A stretch of DNA of 64,000 nt, taken from positions 1,304,001-1,368,000 of the forward strand of contig CM075992.1 in NCBI GenBank assembly GCA_038087875.1, written 5' to 3'. A program made the position numbers and the translations under genes. This stretch comes from Malacoraja senta (taxonomy: Eukaryota). Shown here piece after piece: positions 36,779 through 50,197 of the stretch (position 1 is its first letter; each line of letters opens with the position of its first letter). The notes under the pieces are model-generated. The model saw only the letters and a list, made by a program, of their open reading frames with translations. It did not search any database and was not told the DNA's origin.

Positions 36779-38209
36779 TCTGAAGGTCTGAAGAATGGTT
36801 TCAGCCCGAAACGTCGCCTATTTCCTTCGCCCCATAGATGCTGCCTCACCCGCTGAGTTTCTCCAGCACTTTTGTCTACCCACAATGTAAAACATGATGT
36901 GCTGGAGGATAGTCACGAAATGCCTTAGTAACTCAATGGGTCAGGCAGCATAGAGTGATACAGTGCAGAAACAGGCCCTTCGGCCCAACTTGCCCACACC
37001 GGCCAACATGTCCCAGCTAACCTAGTCCCACCTGCCCGCATTTGGTCCATATCCCTCCAAACCTGTCCGATATGTACCTGTACCTGTCTCACTGTTTCTT
37101 AAATCTTGGGATAGTCCCAGCCTCAACTACCTCTGGCAGCTTGTTCCATACACCCGCCACCCATTGTGTGAAAAAATAACCCCTCAGATTCTTATTAAAT
37201 ATTTTTCCCTTCACCTTAAAATGCGTTCTCTGGTCAGTCTGAAGAAAGGGTCTCGACCTGAAACGTCACCCGTTCCTTCTCTCCAGAGATGCTGCCCGTC
37301 CCGCTGAGTAACTCCAGCATTTTGTGCCTATCTCTTGTGTGAGTTGGTGTTGGGATCACACTCCAAAGACGTACGGATTAATTGGCTTCAGTAAAAATCG
37401 TAAATTGTCCCTGGTGTGTAGGTTAGTGCTAGTGTACGGGGATCGCAGGTCGGCGCGGACTCGGTGGGCCGAAGGGCCTGTTTTTGCCCAGTATCTTTAA
37501 ACTAAACTAAAGAAGAACCTTGTGGACCTAGAGGTCCTGCCCAGAACTAGTAGTGATACGACCTCATGCCTGTTTGTGGGCTCTTGCTATGACCCTGGAT
37601 GCTCTGTCATTCAATGCATCCAAACGCATACTTCTCCCCCATACTGCTTTTCTCCTCCTCCCCGTTCAACTACAATCCTTTCTCTAGCTTCTCAATTCAC
37701 AATTTTTCAATCCCTTTGTCTGACACCTTCAGTCTTTTCATCGCTGACCTTTTCTCACCACGTTGATAAGTGATGGGAGCAGAATTAGGCCATTCTGTCC
37801 ATCAAGTCTACTCCTTCATTCAATCGTGGCTGATTCATCCTTCCCTCTCAAACCCATTCTCTTGCCTTCTCTCCAAAAACCCCTGGGACCCATTCCTTCT
37901 CTCCAGAGATGCCGCCCGTCCCGCTGAGTTACTCCAGCATTTCGTGTCTATCTTCGGTGTAAACCAGCATCTGCAGTTCCTTCCTACACATATGATCCAT
38001 TATGTTATCCCAACATATTATGTCTAACGTATGTCTAGTGTCTTCACGTTAGGCTCTTTGTTGCTGGTCCTTATGTGCTCCTTGACCTCGTTCACCTTGA
38101 CCACTTCTGCAAGGACAGGTAATGCTCAGTGCTGACTCACCCTGGGTCACCTGGTGGCAGGTACCTGAGTCCAGCATACAACTGCATGTCACAGTCAGAC
38201 AGGCACATC

Positions 38210-38568
38210 CCTTTCCTGTCTGTCTCTTTCTCTTTTTCTCTCTATCACCATCTCTTGCTCTCTCTTTTTTCCTCGGGCTCTTTGTCTTTCTCTTGCTGTG
38301 TCTCTCTCTCTCTCCCCCTCTCTCTCTCTCTCCCCCTCTCTCTCTCTCTCTGCCCCTTTATCCTCTCTCTCTTTCTCTCTGTCTCTCTCCTTCCTGTCTT
38401 TTTCTCTCCCCTCTCTCTGTCATTCCCTTTCTCCCCCTCTCTATCTGTCTATTTCTCTCTCTCTCTCTCTGCACCTTCCTCTGTGTCTCACCCTTTCTCT
38501 CCCCTCTGTCTCATTCCCACCCCCCCTTCTCTTTCTCCCTTTCTCTCTCTCTGTCTCCCTCCCTCTCA
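38210..38568. repeat. CT-rich low-complexity tract
   Basis: Visible (CT)n-derived sequence. Confidence 0.92.
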
Positions 38569-39048
38569 CGCTGAGATGATGCATGTGAAGACTGCAGCAT
38601 AATCGGAGTTGGTGATGCCGTGTGACATGGCAGGCACAGGCACAGACTCTGGTGAGAGGGAGTTTTACGTTTCAGCTCAGAACAAAACGACTCCTCGCTG
38701 GCAGCGAGCACAAATTATCTTTCTTCCCTTTGGTCAACGATCGGGCGTTGGGGGGACAACAGAATCTAACAAGGTGCTCTCTCTCTATTAATAACCAGGC
38801 AATTCAGGCGCGGCAAGCAGAGAGACCAGTCTACTGTCAACTCCTCCATTCAACACACACAACAGTCTCGGAGTTACCGATCGGCAGATTGTCGAGTGTG
38901 ACCGGACATCACCGTGAGGCATTAGAACATGGAGTGAATGCAATGGGACTAGAACGCAGATATCAATTACACCTGCTGTAACACACGGATACCATGTACT
39001 GAAGACAGACACTTGTGGCACAGTGAACAGGCACTGCAGAGCACACAT

Positions 39049-39080
<32 letters not shown>

Positions 39081-40042
39081 CTGAAGAAAAGAACAAGCCC
39101 CCTTTTTCTGCTGAATGCAGATACCCGCCGAACTCTATTAATACGCAGTGGTGACAGGCAGGGCGCTCCAGAACGGATCAGGCAAGAATATAGGTGATTG
39201 CAGCAAAACAGAGGAAAGAACAGCAGCAGAATACAGATCACTGTGCCACACAGGCAACCACCCCACTGCAGCATGCACAGCGACAAAGGCAATTACAGCA
39301 CAATACAGATCACTGGAGAAAAAGAGGCTGCTGCCAGCAAATACAACTCTGCAGATGCTGGCGTGGCAGCCATTGTTAGATCCAGATAGAGAACGCACAA
39401 ATGTGCAGCATGGGAGCAGGCCCTTCGGCCCACGATGTCCGTGCCGAACATGATGCCAAAAGAAACTAATCTCATCTGCCTGCACACCCCCACATATATA
39501 CATTCCTATCTTCCGTACAATAAGATTTCCCCGAGGTCTTGTCACCCAATATCTAATCTTCATTCCTTGCACATCCACGTTTCCAGCTACCATACAATTA
39601 AAATATCACAAGGTCGTAAGGAATAGGAGTAGAATTAGGCCATTCGGCCCATCAAGTCTACTCCGCCATTCAATCATGGCTGATCTATCTCTCCCTCCCA
39701 ACCCCGTTCTCCTGCCCTCTCCCCATAACCTCTGACACCCGCACTAATCAAGAACATATCTCCAATATCTTATTATCCCTACAGTGCCAGACATCCGGGT
39801 TCGATCCTGACCACGGGTGCTGTCTGCGCGGAGTTTGCAAGTTCTCCCTGTGATTGCGCGGGTTTCCCCCGGGTTCTCCGGTTTCCTCCCACATCCCAAA
39901 GACGTGCAGGTTTGTAGGTTAGTTGCCTTCAGTGTGTAGGGAGTGGATGAGAAAGTGGGAGAACACAGAACCAGCGTATGGAGATCGATGGTCGGCGCGG
40001 ACTCGGTGGGCCGAAGGACCTGTTTCCACGCTGTATCTCTAA

Positions 40043-40583
40043 ACATAGTTGCAGAATAAGGGGGGGCTCTTTTAAAACTGAGATGAGGAAGAACTTCTTC
40101 ACCCAGAGGGTGGTTAATTTATGGAATTCACTGCCCCAGGGAGCAGTGGAAGCAGAAACATTAAATATATTTAAGTCTAAAATAGATGGTTTTTTAGCTG
40201 CCAAGGGGATAAGGGGCTACGGGGAGAGGGCAGGGATATGGACCTAGGTAGGGTTAGTATAGTAAGACCTGAGTGATCTCCTGGACAAGTGTCGATCGCC
40301 TGGATTGGGGTCGGAGAGGAATTTCCCGGATTTTTTTCCCGAATTGGACCTGGGTTTTTATCCGGTTTTTTGCCTCCCCCAGGAGATCACGCGGTTCTTG
40401 GGGTGGAGAGGGGTGATAGCGGTATAAAGGGGAGGGTAGTGTCTTGTGTTCTGTGTCTTGTGTCTACTGTTTGTGGGTAGGGGTGTCTGTTTAGTGTTCA
40501 GCCATGAGCGAATGGCGGTGCGGGCTCGATGGGCCTGGTGGTCTACTCTCGCACCTACTTTCTATGATTTCTATGATTCTATG
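40043..40583 (+). mobile_element. 3' fragment of the long-UTR CR1 subfamily
   Basis: Near-identical to 30966-31500. Confidence 0.92.
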
Positions 40584-41036
40584 AACTAAACTAACCTAAT
40601 ATCTATCTAACCTAATGCTGGCTCGAAGGGCCAAATGGCTTACTCCTGCACCTATTGTCTATTGTCTATTGTGTGTGTGTAGGATAGCATTAGTGTGCGG
40701 GGACCGTTGGTTTAAGGGCCTGTTTCCGCGCTGTATCTCTTAAAGCAAAGACTCTATCCAGAACTTTGAGCTGAAGAAGGGTGCAGCCAAGATGAGGAAG
40801 CCCCATCATCAAAGAGCGTCCTGGCACAAGGTGGCTGGCATCCATAAAAGCCCACGAGCAATCTGCATATAACAGAACATAGGACAGTACAGCACAAGAA
40901 CGGGCCTAAAGGGCCTGTTACCGCGCTGTATCTCTGAACTAGACCAATCATGTTCGGCACAGACATAGTGGGCGGAATGGTCTGTTCCTGTGCTGTTCTG
41001 TTCCATGTTCTATGTAACGTGACAATAATCTTCATT

Positions 41037-41064
41037 CTGAAGAAGGGTCTCGACCCGAAACGTC
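41037..41064 (+). ncRNA. Minimal type I hammerhead ribozyme core (representative intact copy)
   Basis: CTGAAGA-A-GGGT-CTCG-ACCC-GAAA-CG-TC: conserved CUGANGA and GAAA boxes, stem II hairpin, palindromic ACGU stem III, GUC site. Activity not shown. Confidence 0.72.
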
Positions 41065-41176
41065 GCCAATTCCTTCGCTCCATAGATGCTGCCTCACCCG
41101 CTGAGTTCCTCCAGCATTTCCGTCTACCTTCTAATATCTTATCTCCATTCTTTGCATACCTACTTGCCTATCTTTC

Positions 41177-41330
41177 ACACAGTAAGGTTGGGGTGGGAAG
41201 ATTGCAACCTTCACCTGGTCCACCCTGTTTCGACGAATGCAATCAACCTGGCGTGCACAATCAAATAAGATCAAATAGAACAAGTTGTCCTCCAACTTTA
41301 GGCTGTGCACGCCATACACAAGAAGAAGAT
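41177..41330 (+). mobile_element. Unclassified retroposon 3' fragment with (AAG)n tail
   Basis: Ends gtgcacgccatacacaagaagaaga; cagtaag on both flanks. Confidence 0.4.
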
Positions 41331-41604
41331 CCAGTAAGATACAGAGAACGGTCCTGCATTGATGTCAACTTTTTTCGCTAGACACTGATAGACAGCATAG
41401 AAACAGGCCCTTCAGCCCAACTATCTAAAGAAGGGTCTCGACCCGAAACATCAGCCATTACATCTCTCCAGAGATGCTGCCTGTCCTACTGAGTTACTCC
41501 AGCATTCCATGCCGACCACGATGCCCCATCTAAGCCTGTCCCATTTTTCCCTGCATTTGGCCTAGATCGCTCTAAATCTTTCCCATCCATGCACCTGACC
41601 AGAA

Positions 41605-41822
41605 AGACGCTACGACTCTTCGGGCGACTGAGGAGACGACTCACGGCCACACAGGCGACACGTCGCGGGGGTGAATGAAGCCTGTACGGTCATGAGTAGT
41701 CGCCCAAAGAGTCGTACCTTGTTCTGGTCGACGCTGGATTTTCAACATGTTGAACATTTCCGGCGACCTGCTGCGACTGTGACGGCAGTCGCCGAAAAAG
41801 TCGCGTAAGTGGGACAGGCCCT
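41605..41822. mobile_element. Harbinger-type MITE, right half only
   Basis: Ends aagtgggacaggccct followed by TAA; internal ttttcaacatgttgaa shared with the 6292-6591 element. Confidence 0.7.
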
Positions 41823-42399
41823 TAAGGAACCTGTGTCCCTCAAGTACTCTCAAGCGCCCATTGTTCATTGAACATGCAAATGAATGAATGAATGAATACG
41901 ATTATTGGCCAAGTATTCACATACAAGGAATTTGCCTTGGTGCTCCGACCCGCAAGTGACAACATGACATACAGTGACAATTAGGAATGACACATAAAAC
42001 ATTAAACATTAATAATAAAACATAATAATAATGATAATAACATCTCCTAGCTTATTAGACCTCTCCATATCTATCACTTTTCATTGCTGGGGATTAAACT
42101 CCATCTGCCATTGCTCTGCCCATGTAGAATGTCGAAAAGTCCGATGGAATATCTATACCTTTTACAAATTAAATGTACAATAGATATAATTATCACATTA
42201 GTCAGGCAGTGACTGTAGAATAAATACAACCATATCCACTACAGGATGCTGGTATTGAGTTGAAATTCAGACCTGACTCAAACATACAGTTGCCACATGC
42301 ACTTAAAATTATATTCAGATTCTTGTGGCAACATACCTATGAGACACAAAATATAATCACTGGTCTTCACAGACTTTAATTTAGACATAAGGCAACCAT

Positions 42400-42865
42400 A
42401 GTCATATGTTCCAGGAACAGAATTAGGCCATTCGGCCCATCAAGGCTACTCCGCCATTCACTCATGGCTGATCTATCTTTCCCTCTCAACCCCATTCTCC
42501 TGCCTTCTCCCCATAACCCCTGACACCCGCACTAATCAACCCTTACTAATCACCCTTACTAAAACCTATCTATCTCTGCCTTAACAATATCTACTGACTT
42601 GGCCTCCACAGCCTTCTGTGGCAAAGAATTCCACAGATTCACCACCCTCTGACTAAAGAAATTCCTCTTCATCTCATTCCTAAAGGAACATCCTTTAATT
42701 CTGAGGCTGTGCCCTCTGGTCCTAGACTCTCCCACCAGTGGAAACATCTTCTCCACATCCACTCTATCCAGGCATTTCACAATTCGGTACGTTTCAATGA
42801 GGTCCCCACCTCATCCTTCTAAACTCCAGCGGTTGCAGGCCCAGTGCTGTCAAACACACATCATT
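42400..42865 (-). mobile_element. CR1 3' fragment
   Basis: ORF 42559-42780 (LDRVDVEKMFPLVGESRTRGHSL). Confidence 0.88.
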
Positions 42866-43829
42866 TGTTAACCATGACACACAGAGAAGAGGCCCTTCGG
42901 CCCACTGAGTCCCATTTCTATCAATCAAATGTTTTAATTCTCCCCATATTCCCATTGACTCCCCCCCCACCCCCCCCCCCCACACAAATTCTACCTCTCA
43001 CTTCAAACCCTTCCAATTCTTTACGATTTAGGGAGGAAACCGGAGCACCTGGAGAAAACCCACCCGGTCACAGGTAGAACGTGCAAACTCCACACAGAGA
43101 GCTCCCGCGGTCAGGGTTAGAAGCGGGTCGCTGGCGCGGTGTGGCAGCGGCCCACAGACTACGGACAGCCACTGCCATGGCAGGGATTTTCCGCGTTAGA
43201 TTACACGATCCTCAAAAACAGGACTCTGCTCCTCCGCAGTACAACGCAGAAACATGGGGACAATCTACACACCTGAACCATTTGCAGAATTCAGGATGGA
43301 GAGAGAGAGAAAAAATATATATATATATATATATCGCAGGATGCAGAAACCCTGTGCAGAACACCAATACCTCTGCAGAATAAAGATATATTCAGGAACT
43401 CATGTACTTACTGCAGGCAGCTACGTCAGCCCTTTGGCTTCTGCAATGAATATAGATGTGTATTGCAGAATGCAGGCAGGCAGCACGTGAGACACCTTCT
43501 GCACAATACAGACCAGATACCCACTGCAGAAGTTTGGTTCTGCACACCTCCAGCGTACATGAATCGACCGGAGGTTGTAGGCACCTTTGGGACAGAGAGG
43601 GCAACTACCGCGGAAACAGGCATGTGTAGCCAAATACATATGCCTTCAATGTTCACTGACACCAGCTACACAATGCAGGCAGGCCTTTGAGGTAAACGGA
43701 TACCAACTGCAGAATGTAGACACAGGCTGCATGCAGACACACACACTGCAGGGTACGCCTTATTCACACAGCAGATATTGTAACGGTGCAGAATAACAAG
43801 AGCAGGTTCAAAACACATGCCTTCTGCAG

Positions 43830-45173
<1,344 letters not shown>

Positions 45174-45450
45174 GGTTGCTGAATGCAGGAACCCCCATAC
45201 TTTACACTGGCATCTAAGAATTACAGGGTTGTGGGTTAATAGGCTTCTGTAAAATCACCCTAGTGGATGAGAAAGTGGGATAACACAGAACATAGAGTGG
45301 TACGGTGGGGCAGTGGTAGAGTTGCTGCCTAGACCCAGGGAGCAGCGTCAGAGACCCAGGTTCGATCCTGACTACAGGTGCTGCCTGTACGGAATTTGTA
45401 CGTTCTCCCCGTGACCTGCGTAAGATTTCTCCAGGAGCTCCGGTTTCCTC

Positions 45451-45838
45451 CAGAGTGCTGGAGTAACTCAGCGGGTCAGGCAGCATCTGTGGAGAACATG
45501 GATAGGTGACGTTTCACAGAGTGCTGGAGTAACTCAGCGGGTCAGGCAGCATCTGTGGAGCGAAGGAAATGGGCAACCTTTCGGGCTGAAACCCTGAAGG
45601 AAATAGGCAACGTTTCGGGCCGAAACCCGGAAGGGTTTCGGGCCGAAACGTTGCCTATTTCCTTCGCTCCATAGATGCTGCCGGAACATGGATAGGTGAC
45701 GTTTCACAGAGTGCTGGAGTAACTCAGCGGGTCAGGCAGCATCTGTGGGGAACATGGATAGGTGACGTTTCACAGAGTGCTGGAGTAACTCAGCGGGTCA
45801 GGCAGCATCTGTGGAGAACATGGATAGGTGACGTTTCG
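45451..45838 (-). repeat. Inverted copy of the 66-bp array with its inner fold-back insert
   Basis: Reverse complement matches ~34570-34950, including the idiosyncratic junctions. Confidence 0.9.
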
Positions 45839-45949
45839 TATCGAGACCTTGAAAAAGGTTCTTGATCCGAAACGTCACCTATCCATGTTCTCCAAGAATT
45901 CTGCCTGGCCTTTGTTGTGCCTTGTTTCTACAAAGATGGAGTTAAGACA

Positions 45950-46300
45950 GTATCTTACAGTGAGTGAATATATCCCACAATATGTGACCATATCCTAGTG
46001 AACATATCTAACAGTATTTGACCATATCTTACAGTAGGTGAGCATATCCAACAGTAGATGGCTATATTCATCAGAAGGTGGCCATATTCTACAGTGTGTA
46101 ACTATAGCCTACAATACGTGATAATAACTTAGAATCCGTGAACATATCCTGCAGTATGTGAATATATCCAACAGTATTTGAGCATAATCTATATATGACA
46201 ATTTCCTAGAGTAAGTGATCATATCCCACAGTATTTGAACATGTCCCGCAGTATTTGACCATATCCCACAGTACGTGAACATATCCTACAGTAGGTGGCT
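45950..46300. repeat. Degenerate 20-bp minisatellite
   Basis: Unit approximately catatcccacagtatttgaa; period 20 at 46003/46023/46043 and 46220/46240/46260/46280. Confidence 0.85.
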
Positions 46301-46448
46301 TTATTCACCAGCAGGCCCTTGGAGTGTGGGAGGAAACCGAAGATCCCGGAGAAAACCCACGCAGGTCCCGGGGAGAACGTACAAACTCCGTACAGACAGC
46401 ACCCGTAGTCGGGATCGAACCCGGGTCTCTGGCGCTGCAAGCGCTGTC

Positions 46449-46619
46449 AGAGCCTGTCCCACTTTGAAGTCATTTGCGCGTCACGCAGGTGGCGCGCGAA
46501 GGTTTTGTGAATCCCAAATTCCTGGGGCGCCGCGCGCCACCACACGCGCGCAATGCACGCCATGCGCCAATGATGTCGCGTAAATGACTTGCAAATGTCA
46601 CCCAAGTGGGACATGCCCT
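46449..46619. mobile_element. Harbinger-type MITE inside a minus-strand V-SINE (46318-46658)
   Basis: TIRs agagcctgtcccactt / aagtgggacatgccct; same family as 11376-11558. Confidence 0.8.
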
Positions 46620-47553
46620 TTAGGCAACACCTCTACCGCTGCGCCACTGTGCCGCCCATAGTTGCACTGGGAACAAGGAATACTGATGTCCACTGTAAGA
46701 AAACACACATTGCACAATAGAGACCTCTGCGGTGGAACACCAGCCAACGCTGTGGTGCTGCACAACCTCCTGCAGTGTACAGATATGTCTTGCAGAACGC
46801 AGATAATTGGTACACACTGCACCAGAGCACGGTGCAGGTGAGCGCCGCAGATCCGCGCCGGAGACCACTGCAGCGTGCAGGCAGCTACTGCATAATGCAG
46901 CCAACTGCAACAGGCTGCGGACGGACGTCAGTCACCATGTAAATACCACCGCATAATTCAGACACTGCAAAAGACTCCTACACCACGATACTGCAGAGTA
47001 TAAATCGCTGCAGAATGCAGTTAAACACTGCAAAAATACGTGGGCTGAATGCACGATACTGAACACGTATTGCCGGATACAGGCGGGCAATGCACGATGT
47101 CGACGGCTGCTGCTGCATGGTAAAGACATTGCCTGCACCGGTTCCAAAATATACTGCAGTACCCACGCAGGAAACATACGACACAGGATATTGCTGCAGA
47201 ATACAGATATCTGATACCGATTACACACACAAGAGATAGAGGCAGCAGATTGAAGCCACAAACCTTCTGTAGGAAGAGGAATCTTCGTCTGATTACAGCA
47301 ACTGAGCATTCATTACCAAGCATAGACAATAGACATCCCCTCCTCCCCATACAAACATTAATGCAGGATACAGGGTAGAGGTCCCCACATCAGAACACAT
47401 TGGAATAGCAGAATATCGGGGCGTAAATGGGGTTACAGCCATGCGTATAAATTCTTGAAATTCCCTTCTTGAAAAATAACACATTCCTGCCAAGCGTAGA
47501 ATACACAGTAAATACGGGAGCTTACTACTACAGCTAACAAAGACCTATTACAC

Positions 47554-47866
47554 GAAGGTAGATAAAATTGCTGGAGAAACTCAGCGGGTGAGGCAGCATC
47601 TATGGAGCGAAGGAATAGGTGACGGAAGGGTCTCGACCCGAAACGTCACTTATTCCTTCGCTCCATAGATGCTGCCTCACCCTTAAGGGTCTCGACCCGA
47701 AACGTCACCTATTCCTTCGCTCCATAGATGCTGCCTCACCCTTAAGGGTCTCGACCCGAAACGTCACCTATTTCCTTCGCTCCATAGATGCTGCCTCACC
47801 CGCTGAGTTCCTCCAGCATTTTTGTCTACCTTCGATTTTTCCAGCACCTGCAGTTCCTTCTTTAAC
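47554..47866. mobile_element. Fold-back Penelope-derived element with three 59-bp internal tandem units
   Basis: Units start at 47626, 47685 and 47744; exact TSD aagacctattacac at 47540-47553 and 47867-47880. Confidence 0.85.
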
Positions 47867-48001
47867 AAGACCTATTACACTGCCAGCTACTGAATAATGG
47901 TGACCCAATGCCCACTAAGTTTCGTTTCGTTAAGAGATACGGTGTGGAGCCAGACCCTTCGGCCCACCGAGTCCGCGCTGACCAGCGATCACCAAAACAC
48001 C

Positions 48002-48412
48002 AGGGGGATCTTATAGAAACATATAAAATTATAAAAGGACTGGACAAGCTAGATGCAGGAAAAATGTTCCCAATGTTGGGCGAGTCCAGAACCAGGGGCC
48101 ACAGTCTTCGAATAAAAGGGGAGGTCATTTAAGACTGAGGTGAGAAAAAACTTTTTCACCCAGAGAGTTGTGAATTTATGGAATTCCCTGCCACAGAGGG
48201 CAGTGGAGGCCAAGTCACTGGATGGATTTAAGAGAGAGTTAGATAGAGCTCTAGGGGCTAGTGGAGTCAAGGGATATGAGGAGAAGGCAGGCACGAGTTA
48301 TTGATAGGGGACGATCAGCCATGATCACAATGAATGGCGGTGCTGGCTCGAAGGGCCGAATGGCCTCCTCCTGCACCTATTTTCTATGTATCTATCTATG
48401 TATCTATGTATC
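48002..48412 (+). mobile_element. CR1 3' fragment
   Basis: GDLIETYKIIKGLDKLDAGKMFP; 3' tail present. Confidence 0.9.
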
Positions 48413-49129
48413 CGAATGACAATTTCTACCGATGCCAATGAACCTACAAACATCCAGAGGTGCTGCCTGTCCCGTCGAGTTACTCCAACATTTTGTGTCC
48501 AGCCTACTAATCTGCACGTCTTTGGAGAATGGGAGGAAACCGGAGCACCCGGAGAAAACCCACGGGGAGAGCGTACAAATTCCGTACAGACAGCACCCGT
48601 GCTCAGGATTGAACCCGGGTCTCTAGCGCTGTGAGGCAGCAACTCTCTGATTGTCAGGGGAAGGGGAAACTAGAGGTATGGAAGGGTAAGGTGTGAAAGC
48701 GACAGATCAAAGCGGGCGATGATAAGGGAATGTAAAATGGTTCCTGCATTATGTACCACTGCGTGAATGCGCTGCCCTGTAAATTCTGTAAATGCACAGA
48801 AGGGTAGATTACCAACAACCACCATTTCACATTCAAATCAAATCAAAATGTGTACTGCCTCAGTCTACTAAGGATGCTGCATGACCCGCTGAGTTACTCC
48901 TCAGTTCAAATGTGTAGGAAGGAACTGCAGAAGCTGGTTTAAACGGAAGAAATACACAAATTGCTGGAGTAACTCAGCGGGACAGGCGGCATCTCTGGAG
49001 AGAAGGGTTGGGCGACGTTTCGGGTCGAGACCCTTCTTCAGATAATAGGGAAAGATTGGTTAAAAAGACTGGGTTAATTGCACGACAGGGTTTGGTTGCT
49101 CAGTTGGGTGATATTGGGAGTGTAAGCTC

Positions 49130-50197
49130 TTAAGTGATAGGAGCAGAATTTTAGGCCATTCGGCCCATCAAGTCTACTCCACCATTCAATCATGGCTGAT
49201 CTATCTATCCTTCCTAACCCTATTCTCCTGCCTTCTCCCCATAACCCCTGACACCCGTACTAATCACGAATCTATCTATCTCTGCCTTAAAAATCTTTAT
49301 TTACTTGCCCTCCACAGCCTTCTGTGGCAATGAATTCCACAGATTCACCACCCTCTGACTACAGAAATGTCTTTCCTAAAGATACGTCCTTTTATTCTGA
49401 GGCTGTGACCTCTGGTCCTAGACTCTCCCATTAGAGTAAAATCCTCTCCACTCTGTTCAGGCCATTCACTATTCAGTAAGTTTCAATGAAGTATGAATTA
49501 CACAGAATTCCTATCTCTATTTCCTGGAGTGAGGGAGGATGAGGGGTGATCTTATAGTGGTGTATAAAATCATGAGAGGAATAGATCGGGTAGACGCACA
49601 GAGTCTCTTGTCCAGGGTAGGGGAATCGAGGACCAGAGGACATAGGTTTAAGGTGAAGGGGAAAAAATTTAATAGGAATTTTTCCCATAGAGGGAGTGCA
49701 GAGAAGGTTCACCAGACTGATTCCTGGGATGTCAGGACTTTCATATGAAGAAAGACTGGATAGACTTGGCTTATACTCGCTAGAATTTAGGAGATTTGAG
49801 AGGGGATCTTATAGAAACGTACAAAATTCTTATGGGGTTGGACAGGCTAGATGCAGGAAGATTGTTCCCGATGTTGGGGAAGTCCAGGACAAAGGGTCAC
49901 AGCTTAAGGATAAGGGGGGAAATCCTTTAAGACCGAGATGAGGAAAAACTTTTTCACACAGAGAGTGGTGAATCTCTGGAACTCTCTGCCACAGAGGGTA
50001 GTTGAGGCCAGTTCATTGGCTATATTTAAGAGGGAGTTAGATGTGGCCCTTGTGGCTAAGGGGATCAGGGGGTATGGAGAGAAGGCAGGTACGGGATACT
50101 GAGTTGGATGATCAGCCATGATCATATTGAATGGCGGTGCAGGCTCGAAGGGCCGAATGGCCTACTCCTGCACCTATTTTCTATGTATCTATGTATC
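49130..50197. mobile_element. Cluster of three CR1 fragments (minus, plus, plus)
   Basis: ORF2 C-terminal motifs; the third fragment is the young (ctatgtat)n subfamily. Confidence 0.85.

Noticed and set aside
38122..38602. Leu/Ser-rich membrane-like ORFs
   Set aside because: Derived from CT low-complexity sequence.
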